Shown: positions 52,960 to 64,000 of the stretch, one piece after another | Position numbering within the stretch: the stretch's first letter is position 1 | How the letters are laid out: each line of letters begins with the position of its first letter | Assembly (NCBI RefSeq): GCF_964355755.1 | Contig: NC_092671.1 | Span: forward strand, 37,210,304 to 37,274,303 | Origin: Antedon mediterranea | Taxonomy: Eukaryota > Animalia > Echinodermata | Length of the DNA stretch: 64,000 bases | Direction of reading: 5' to 3' | The notes under the pieces: model-generated | The model's input: the letters and a program-made list of their open reading frames with translations, nothing else | Database searches by the model: none | Told to the model about the DNA's origin: nothing | Program-made: the position numbers and the translations under genes

Positions 52960-55900
52960 TATGGCAAGCCTCAGCTGTCTGAAGTATTCAAAATATTATA
53001 TTATTATATCATTTTTTTATTATATTATATATTGTATTGTAATGAATTATACGTTTTGCATTATATTACTTGGTTTTAGCATTATATTATATCTATTTCT
53101 AATATATTATGTGAAAAATGTAACAAATTATTGACTTTTTGTATTATATTATTTGGTTTTAGCATTATATTATGAACATTTAATATTATATTATTAATAA
53201 AATACATTATATTATAATATAATTGTATTATATTAAACGCATTTACTTTACTTTATAACATACAACATTATTATATTATACGGATTCGTTAGTTATATTA
53301 TTATGTTGTATGATGTTTATTATACGTCACGGCTTATTTCAGTTCTTCTAACTCTTTCTCTCCCTCCCCCTGTTCACTAGCAATCAGCGGCCGGCAGAAT
53401 CTGAATTGTGTGACTGTTGAAGAATAACTACGTACTAGGCCTAGCCTAGGCCTACTAGGGGATCTAGACAAGTGACCAAGGATCACCGGACAGCTACAAC
53501 TAATACTACAATACAATAATACTACTACAATAACTACTACTGCCACTACCTAGGCCTAGCTAGTGAGTAGTAGGTAGCTACTACTAGGCTCTATGGCGTC
53601 TGTATGATGTTAACTACTAGGTAGGGCCTAGCTAGGCTAGGCCTAACTAGAGGCCTACTAGTACTAGGCTAGGCCTAGACTTAAGTTGTAGTAGGCTAGG
53701 GCCGGGCCTGCTGCCTTAGGCTAGGCTACTACTACTACTACTACTACTAGGCAGCCCATGATGGGTACGAGTAAGCCAAAATTTTGGATATATGTAAACC
53801 AAAATTTGGGTACGAGCGTGTTGGCATGGCATGCATGGGTACGGGTTAACCTGTATCCTTCTAGCTAATCGTACTATGCCTAGGCCTCAAGTAAGTCTAC
53901 GCTACCCAGTCCGGCTACAATATGGTCTATTTTGTTTTATAGCTTTATTGATAGCTGGGTTCAAATCTGGGTTGGGACGGCTTTTTCTCATTCTAAAACA
54001 GATTTCCTTATAATAAAATAATATATGAATTTATTTGTAATATTGTAATGTATACATAATATAAGTAATTGCCATTGCCTTTATTACTATTAATTATGTA
54101 TTATACGGTTACCCCTTAATTATACTATAGTATAATTTCCTTGTTATATTTTACAATATTTTCTTCCTAATTCTACAATTTTGTCTTTCACAGCACAAAT
54201 TTATCATACTGAATCATCACACACCAAGTCTCATAAAACTCTACTGTATTTGTCCAAGCTACTCCAGCTACATGGTATTGCCTTGAGGCTAAATTACACG
54301 GTATACTGGCACTACCATCATTCCTGGCTCGTCAACCTGTACCACATAAGCACAGTTTCAGTTTCAGTTTATTTACCATTTCAATTTCTGAACATAAAAG
54401 ATGAACAACTTATATGGATGGATAACCGTAAGAGCGAAGCTCGTTTACCGGTCACCCGTTAGTGCAGTGACATTACAGACAACATAAAGACAGGACAAAG
54501 GTGCAATACTTAACAAGACATGTGAACACTTGTGTTTGCAACCCCTTGGATAAAATAATATATTTATATAATGGAGAAAGTTAGATATTATAATATTTCT
54601 TTTTGATCATACAATGATAATTTTTAAATTACTTAAGAAGTCATACTACTGATTCAAAATTCTGACTTACACCCTGTGGTCAAGGCTTTCTTTGCTCTTA
54701 TGCTTATTTCCTCCAACATACAGAGTACACAGGACTTTTTTTATTCATAACTGTTGAATTGTTTCCCAATACATAGTACCTATTGGTATTATATCTAAAA
54801 ATACAAAGGCGGCTAACACAGATAGTTCCATATATACAGTACTCTTTTATAAATAAATGTATCTCTCCAAACTACTCCCAACTACCTAATCTAATAATAG
54901 TACTATTAGCATACTACTATACACTTTGTAGACAAGAAATAAGTTGTATACACTAGAGGACTTATGGTAGTACAGTCGATCGCCCTCTCACTGGCCCGGT
55001 CAACATAATCTATACCTAGATTATTACAGTAATTAAAGTACATTATTACAGAGTTTTTTTTTTTTTTGCAGAAATCAAAGTTATGTGTATAGAAAGCAGT
55101 ACTCGTATTAAAAACTAAGCAGGTTTTTGAACGCAAACTGGCAGGATATTTTGAATATTTTTTGTTGTTGAAATGACGGAATCCTAACTTCAATTTCCAC
55201 GAACCCTTTTATTTAAATTTATTTGAATAGACCTCCATGTAAACTCATTAAAGGCTACATGATTGTTTTATATTTTAATATGTGATAGTAGAAAATCATT
55301 GTGTATAATGAGGACTATGAATCTGATATTTACTTGCATTCTCATCTTTTTAAATTATTATTTATAATGCCGGTAATGAGTTTAAAATTTAATTATATTG
55401 ACTATTTTTGATAATCATCATGTCCTTATAAATTCATTTATATTTCTTTTGTGTAATATAGTTCATATGATATTTATTAAGTAAATTGGTAAGGCCCTAT
55501 ACTGTTACTATTTAAGGAAAGTTTATATACACTATTATTTTATGCCTACCAATATTAGTATTAATTGTTTATGTAAATATTTTGTCTAATTTCCTTGATT
55601 TTTTGTATAGGCCAATGGCATCAATGTTTTTCTCAAAGCAAATTAGCCTAATAATGCCACATTTAGACACATGATTCATTGATTTCTGATATTCTGTACT
55701 TGTGTATGCATTACTAAAATAGTAGTTAATATATTTCATTTATAATGTATGTATAAACATATATTCATATTTTTTTAAACATTTTTAAATTTAAAAATTA
55801 TTACAATACCTATCTACCTTTCTGATATTGTTACTATTATATAATATTTTTTGAGGCAGCAATAAAAAAAAATTAGAACAATTAATTTGAGTTATACTGT

Positions 55901-58900
55901 ACTATGTTAGTTCAGGAGATGAAGTGTGTGTGGGCAGAAACTAGTGTGTTGGAGGTTGGTGGTGTGAGGTGTATAGTTGTCACTTTAAGATCTAAATTAG
56001 ATGTTTTCTGAAGAAAAGAAGTAAGCGCATACGCTTTCAAACAACTCCAAGAAGATTCACACAAAAATAATTACTTTCCAATAAAGTAGTATAACAGTGT
56101 ATATTACAGTACATTGAATAAACTCGAGCGGAATAATAACGCACATAAAAAAACATTCATTTTCTTTTCGAAAAGTGCCCTCTCTAGTTTTCTATTAATT
56201 TATTAATAATTATTATTAATTAATGAGTAATATGGACATATTTTTAACATTCAATGCTGGAAGCTGGTTCTACTCCTAACAAAGTTTCATATCTCCAAAT
56301 TTCATCAACGTATTCAAAGCACTTCAATATTAAATATCACATTTAACATAAAAATTCTGGTTTTGGATAGAATTTTGCTTAAAAACATATACAAAAAACA
56401 TCGATAAAAAATACTTTTCGTATTCAAAAACATTTGATACTTGGTATAAATGTTCACTATAGGTTGCTCTATTCACAGAAAAAAATTGCATTCATGAACG
56501 TTTTTTGTTGGTTGTTTTTTCAAAATAGTTATTAGCTTGAAAAAAATGAGTTGGAATTTTATGGTCTTTCATAAGTGTATATTTTGTAAAAACGTAAATT
56601 TAAAAAATCAGTGATATGGCTTGATAGTTATTTTTGGTTTGCAATATGGATGGAGCAACCTATATTGAACATTTATACCAAGTATCAAATGTTTTTGAAT
56701 ACGAAAAGTGTTTTTTATCGATGTTTTTTGTATATGTTTTTAAGCAAAATTATATCCAAAACCTGAATTTGTAATGTTAAATGTAATTTATTTAAGTGCT
56801 TTGAATACGTTGATGAAATTTGGAGATATGAAACTTTGTTAGGAGTAGATACAGTTTCCAGCATTAAATTTTAAAAATATGTTCATATTACTCATTAATT
56901 GATAATAATTATTAATAAATTAATAGAAAACTAGAGAGGGCACTTTTCGACAAGAAAATGAATGTTTTTTTATGTGTGTTATTATTCCGCTCGAGTTTAT
57001 TCAATGTACTGTAATATACACTGTTATACTATTTTATTGGAAAGTAATTATTTTTGTGTGAATCTTCTTGGAGTTGTTTGAAAGCGTATCCGCTTACTTC
57101 TTTTCTTCAGAAAACATCTATACACCTCACACCACCAACCTCCAACACACTAGTTTCTGCCCACACACACTTCATCTCCTGAACTAACATAGTACAGTAT
57201 AAGTCAAATAAATTTTTAATTTTTTTTTTATTGCTGCCTCAAAAAATATTATATAATAGTAACAATATCAGAAAGGTAGATAGGTATTGTAATAATTTTT
57301 AAATTTAAAAATGTTAAAAAAAATATGAATATATGTTTATACATACATTATAAATGAAATATATTAACTACTATTTTAGTAATGCATACACAAGTACAGA
57401 ATATCAGAAATCAATGAATCATGTGTCTAAATGTGGCATTATTAGGCTAATTTGCTTTGAGAAAAACATTGATGCCATTGGCCTATACAAAAATCAAGGC
57501 AATTAGACAAAATATTTACATAAACAATTAATACTAATATTGGTAGGCATAAAATAATAGTGTATATAAACTTTCCTTAAATAATAACAGTATAGGGCCT
57601 TACAAATTTATTTAATACATAATATATGAACTATATTACACAAAAAAAGTATAAATGAATTTATAAGGACATGATGATTATCAAAAATAGTCAATATAAT
57701 TAAATTTTAAACTCATTACCGGCATTATAAATAATATTTTAAAAAGATAAGAATGCAAGTAAATATCAGATTCATAGTCCTCATTATACACAATGATTTC
57801 CTACTATCACATATTAAAATATAAAACAATCATGTAGCCTTTATTGACTTTACATGGAGGTCTATTCAAATAAATTTAAATAAAAGGGTCATAATATGTC
57901 TTCGTCTCCAGTTCGTGGAAATTGAAGTTAGGATTCCATCATTTCAACAACAAAAAATATTCAAAATATCCTGCCAGTTTGCATTCAAGACCTGCAACCT
58001 GCTTAGTTTTTAATACGAGTACTGCTTTCTATACACATAACTTTGATTTCTGCAAAAAAAACAAAACTCTGTAATAATGTACTTTAAATACTGTAATAAT
58101 CTAGGTATAGATTATGTTGACCGGGCCAGTGAGAGGGCGTTCGACTGTACTACCATAAGTCCTCTAGTGTATACAACTTATTTCTTGTCTACAAAGTGTA
58201 TAGTAGTATGCTAATAGTACTATTATTAGATTAGGTAGTTGGGAGTAGTTTGGAGAGATACATCTATCTATAAAAGAGTACTGTATATATGGAACTATCT
58301 GTGTTAGCCGCCTTTGTATTTTTAGATATAATACCAATAGGTACTATGTATTGGGAAACAATTCAACAGTTATGAATAAAAAAAGTCCTATGTACTCTGT
58401 ATGTTGGAGGAAATACGCATAAGAGCAAATAAAGCCTTGACCACAGGGTGTAAGTCACTATTTTGAATCAGTAGTATGACTCCTTAAGAAGTAATTTAAA
58501 AATTATCATTGTATGATCAAAAAGAAATATTATAATATCTAACTTTCTCCTTTATATAATAAATATATTATTTTATCCAAGGGGTTGCAAACACAAGTGT
58601 TCACATGTCTTGTTAAGTATTGCACCTTTGTCCTGTCTTTATGTTTTCTGTAATGTCACTGCACTAACGGGTGACCGGTAAACGAGCTCCGCTCTTACGG
58701 TTATCCATCCATATAAGTTGTTCATCTCTTATGTTCAGAAATTGAAATGGTAAATAAACTGAAACTGAAACTGTGCTTATGTGGTACAGGTTGACGAGCC
58801 AGGAATGATGGTAGTGCCAGTATACCGTGTAGTTTAGCCTCAAGGCAATACCATGTAGCTGGAGTAGCTTGGACAAATACAGTAGAGATTTATGAGACTT

Positions 58901-60161
58901 GGTGTGTGATGATTCAGTATGATAAATTTGTGCTGTGAAAGACAAAATTGTAGAATTAGGAAGAAAATATTGTAAAATATAACAAGGAAATTATACTATA
59001 GTATAATTAAGGAGTAACCGTATAATACATAATTAATAGTAATAAAGGCAATGGCAATTACTTATATTATGTATACATTACAATAATATTACAAATAAAT
59101 TCATATATTATTTTATTATGATAAGGAAATCTGTTTTAGAATGAGAAAAAGCCGTCCCAACCCAGATTTGAACCCAGCTATCAATAAAGCTATAAAACAA
59201 AATAGACCATATTGTAGCCGGACTGGGTAGCGTAGACTTACTTGAGGCCTAGGCATAGTACGATTAGCTAGAAGGATACAGGTCAACCTGTACCCATGCC
59301 ATGCCAACACGCTCGTACCCAAATTTTGGTTTACATATATCCAAAATTTTGGCTTACTCGTACCCATCATGGGCTGCCTAGTAGTAGTAGTAGTAGTAGT
59401 AGTAGTAGCCTAGCCTAAGGCAGCAGGCCCGGCCCTAGCCTACTACAACTTAAGTCTAGGCCTAGCCTAGTACTAGTAGGCCTCTAGGCCTAGCCTAGGC
59501 CCTAGTAGTTAACATCATACATACGCCCTAGAGCCTAGTATATTCCTACCTACTACTCACTAGCTAGGCCTAGGTAGTAGCAGTAGTAGTTATTGTAGTA
59601 GTATTATTGTATTGTAGTATTAGTTGTAGCTGTCCGGTGATCCTTGGTCACTTTTCTAGATCCCCTAGTAGGCCTAGGCTAGGCCTAGTACGTAGTTATT
59701 CTTCAACAGTCACAATTCAGATTCTGCCGGCCGCGGATTGCTAGTGAACAGGGGGAGGGAGAGAAAGAGTTAGAAGAACTGAAATAAGCCGTGACGTATA
59801 ATAAACATCATACAAAATAATAATATAACTAACGAATCCGTATAATATAATAATGTTGTATGTTATAAAGTAAAGTAAATGCGTTTAATATAATACAATT
59901 ATATTATAATATAATGTATTTTATTAATAATATAATATTAAATGTTCATAATATAATGCTAAAACCAAATAATATAATACAAAAAGTCAATAATTTGTTA
60001 CATTTTCCACATAATATATTAGAAATAGATATAATATAATGCTAAAACCAAGTAATATAATGCAAAACGTATAATTCATTCCAATATAATATATAATATA
60101 ATAAAAAAATGATATAATAATATAATATTTTGAATACTTCAGACAGCTGAGGCTTGCCATA
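52960..60161 (+). mobile_element. Giant foldback DNA element C
   Basis: Arms 52960-56469 and 56653-60161, spacer 56470-56652. TSD ATCTTA at 45756-45761 and 60162-60167, the left copy displaced by B. Confidence 0.88.
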
Positions 60162-61470
60162 ATCTTATGTGGGTTCATCCCACTTTTATTTCCAAACCAC
60201 TGTTCTCTTTACATATATTTTTCACTATACACTATACATATCATTATATTTACAATGTTTGTTTAATCATCTGTATACATATACTTATTTATTCATTTGT
60301 TTACATATTATCACATTGATTAAACATATTATCTGTAACACATTTTCATTAACAAGCTTTTTTTTTTCTTACGTAGTTGTTTTTGATTTTTTCATCTACC
60401 ACATTTTCATTTAACAATGCATATTCTCTGTTATACTCATTACTTACTACATGTTTACTGTTAACATAATATTGTTCTCATCCTTTAACATTAATATTAA
60501 TATTTTTGTTCTTTAATGTTTACAAAACCAGCAGATCCTTTTTTGCATCTATAACTTCTTAAATTTTCATTTAACTTTTTTAATTTCTTCTCTTATGTGG
60601 ATTCATTCCACTTTTTTTTTTTTTACTTATTTTCTTTAAAAAAAAAACTATTTCCATATATTATTTTGTTTATACATACATTATCATTTAACCACATTGA
60701 TTACATAGTTTCCTCTTTTTATACATATTATCTATAACACATTTTCATTAACAAAGCTTATTTTTTCTTACATAGTTGTTTTTGTTTTTTTTTTTCATCT
60801 ACATGCATATTTATTTCATACAATTATAATACGTTTATGTTTAATAAATCCATCCCATGGGTTTGTCCCATTTTATTTTTCTTTGGATTTATCTATGCAA
60901 ACATATTTTCATTTAAACAATGCATATTCTCTGTTATACTAATTACTTACAAACTTTTTACTGTTAACATTATATTTTCCTCATCCTTTAACATTGATTT
61001 TTTTGATCTTTAAATGTTTACAAAATTTATTTCCAACAGATTATCCTTTTTTGCATCTACAGTATAACCCATCAAAGTTTCATTTAACTTTTTTTTTTCC
61101 TATGTGGGTTCATTCAATTATTTTTTTTTACTTATTATTTATTCTATTATTTTTTTATACATACATTATCATTTAACAAAATTTGTGTTTAATGATCCAT
61201 TAAAAAAATTAGACATTCTTTTTTTTCTTTTTAACCATTTTATCATTTCAAAATTCCACATGCAGTAAGAATGTGCAAATTACATATATACGGTATATAC
61301 CTATAATATGAAAGCTTTGATGAAAACACTTCCCCACTTAAACCTAAACCTTCTTATCCTTCATCATTTTTTTTTTATCATCAATCTATAAAAAGCTTTT
61401 CACATTTTGTCTTTTTGTTTTCAAATCATCAAGGTATACATGTTTACAAAACATACAGTATAGTAGCAAG

Positions 61471-61503
<33 letters not shown>

Positions 61504-61620
61504 AAACATAATAGATTCATCATTCATGGTATCTCATTTACATATTTTCTTCCTTAATCTGGTTGAGCATATACAGTATACCTGCAGATTTACATATTTC
61601 TTATATTTTTTTCAGATTTA
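60162..61620. mobile_element. AT-rich ~1.5-kb insertion that hosts B and C (its other end is at 45749-45761)
   Basis: Flanked by a 12-bp duplication AACCTTATTTTT at 45737-45748 and 61621-61632, with a T-run at its left end. Degenerate internal ~450-bp repeats and an A-tract at 61471-61502. Confidence 0.55.
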
Positions 61621-61865
61621 AACCTTATTTTTATTATAGAAAAAGTTATTACTTACTTTGAAAATGTTGTAAACTTCAAAAGACTGTAAATATTCAGACG
61701 AACCTTCTACTTGTGTTCCTGCTGTCTGTTGTGTATTAGCCAATGTACCTTCTGGCCTTCAAATTGAACGTTCTTTTATCTAGCCTAGTAGACTGGAAAT
61801 GTGAACAGTCTACTTCCGATCAGTTATTTCCTGATGTTAAGGGATTCCCCTGTTAAGTACCAATT

Positions 61866-62260
61866 AGTTCGAGTTGAGTTTACATATCTCGTGTTATGTT
61901 GACAACGCTCGAGTTGAGTTTACACATCGCTCGTGTTATGTTGACATCGCTCGACTTGAGTTTACACATCGCTCGTGTTATGTAAGGATAGGATAAATTT
62001 ATTGAACGAACGCTTTTGTATCAGCGGCACACGTTTATAAGGCAATGTAAAAACAAAAAGAAAAGTATCAAAAAATAACATTTAAGTCTTAACTAAGAAG
62101 CGAATTATACAAGTAAAATGAAATTAGTAAAAACAAGGTAATCTTACATATCGAACAATACTTAACCTATATGATGGAGTTAATGTTATTATCTATTTAT
62201 TATCAGTATTATTAATATTTTCAAGTTTTAAGCGAATATATTATCATTATTATATTACTA

Positions 62261-62295
<35 letters not shown>

Positions 62296-62382
62296 GCTAA
62301 TTGATTTATTATACTGTTATTATTAAAATAAATGTTGACATCGCTCGAGTTGAGTATACATATCGCTCGTATTATGTTGACA
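61866..62382. repeat. Short 42-bp minisatellite remnant (~4 units) interrupted by a ~350-bp insertion (~61984-62332)
   Basis: CATCGCTCG units on both sides. The insert starts AGGATAGGATAAATTTATT (a minus-strand AATAAA and tail-like repeat) and contains (TA)n. Confidence 0.7.
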
Positions 62383-63357
62383 CACATGCGCAACAGAGAT
62401 AAACATTGATACACGCCCTCATCTTCCAGTATATTAGGCAAGAAGAAAAAAAAAACAATTAGATAAATAAAAAAAAGGCACGTTCATTAATTTATTTTTA
62501 TTTTGAATTTTAATCGTTTTAACAGTATATTACAGAGCCTATGACGTTTTTGTAATCTGCATTTTAATTGTTTTTAACAATATTTTAACATAGGCCTAAA
62601 TAGTATTTTAAAATTGTCTTTTGCAATTTGATGTATTTTTCTTTGTTATTTTATTGTCTTAATTTATATGCCAAGCAAAACGAATTTCCATTTTAATTTT
62701 TGTTTTGTTTTGTGTCCTTTTTTTGAAAATTAAAAAAACTTTGAATGAAAAGCAGAAAATTGTTTTATATATGTGAAAACATTCACGAAAATATTTTGTT
62801 GAAGATTAGCAAGATATTAGTTTGTTCAATAAATTGTTGGTAAGACTTTGAAAAACATTTTGTTTGCTTATTCATATTGTTTAATCATTGTACCATAAAA
62901 GTGATAACATTAATAAAGATAAGGCAGACAGTAGAATACTGAATCTGGCAGTCTATTAAACCTGACATTTAAAAGGATAACAACAAAATTATATTACGTT
63001 TTCATCATCTTATAGTTACTAAGTCGATAATCTAAAAGTTGCATTGTACATGAAATAGCTCTTTACTTTTAACAATTGCTATAATCCATATAATAATACA
63101 AATCCCTTTTCTCATTTTTTATAATATCATTTATTTTACTTTAATACAGCATTGTTAATTTTATTTACAGTAATATAATAATTATTATGAGGCCTATACA
63201 AGTTTTTATTTCTGTTACCAGCGCGATTCACAGTCACCACTATGTCTTCTTCTGTCAAGATTTTATAATAATAAGTAAAATAATTATAATCTTATTATTG
63301 GAGTAACATGTATATAAGACAATTATACTAGTGTCAATATTAATATTATTATATAAC

Positions 63358-64000
63358 TTATTATAGAGAACCGTTGGGGACACCTTAAAGAACCAACAAG
63401 CGTTCTTATTATAGAGAACCATTGGGGACACCTTAAAGAACCAACAAGCGTTCTTATTATAGAGAACCATTGGGGACACCTTAAAGAACCAACAAGCGTT
63501 CTTATTATAGAGAACCATTGGGGACACCTTAAAGAACCAACAAGCGTTCTTATTATAGAGAACCATTGGGGACACCTTAAAGAACCAACAAGCGTTCTTA
63601 TTATAGAGAACCATTGGGGACACCTTAAAGAACCAACAAGCGTTCTTATTATAGAGAACCATTGGGGACACCTTAAAGAACCAACAAGCGTTCTTATTAT
63701 AGAGAACCATTGGGGACACCTTAAAGAACCAACAAGCGTTCTTATTATAGAGAACCATTGGGGACACCTTAAAGAACCAACAAGCGTTCTTATTATAGAG
63801 AACCATTGGGGACACCTTAAATAACCAACAAGCGTTCTTATTATAGAGAACCATTGGGGACACCTTAAAGAACCAACAAGCGTTCTTATTATAGAGAACC
63901 ATTGGGGACACCTTAAAGAACCAACAAGCGTTCTTATTATAGAGAACCATTGGGGACACCTTAAAGAACCAACAAGCGTTCTTATTATAGAGAACCATTG
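63358..64000. repeat. 48-bp minisatellite, at least 13 near-perfect copies, running off the window
   Basis: Unit TTATTATAGAGAACCATTGGGGACACCTTAAAGAACCAACAAGCGTTC. Confidence 0.95.

Noticed and set aside
38491-60161. Foldback-read or assembly artefact
   Set aside because: Arms differ by consistent L/R variants, copies differ from each other, and each has a distinct 6-bp TSD restoring the target. Read-level confirmation is still advisable.

Overview
AT-rich metazoan genomic DNA (probably a marine invertebrate; inference) holding a tandem array of four minus-strand TRIM-NHL genes (RING, two B-boxes, coiled coil, filamin-like Ig, NHL propeller) with uninterrupted coding sequence: one cut by the window edge (1-777), one frameshifted (5999-8163) and two intact 722-aa copies (21930-24098, 34963-37131). 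The intergenic parts are heavily remodelled by a Helitron, a CR1-group LINE carrying a 2A (GDIEQNPGP) motif, several MITEs and three unrelated minisatellites (42, 54 and 48 bp), each expanded in only some units. The most striking structure is 38491-60161: three ~7.2-kb non-coding foldback elements (arms ~3.5 kb, spacer ~184 bp, termini TATGG...CCATA). Each has its own 6-bp target-site duplication, all three landed within ~70 bp of target DNA, and one sits inside the tip of another. They appear to lie in the 5'-UTR intron of the fourth TRIM gene. All coordinates and alignments were read by eye.
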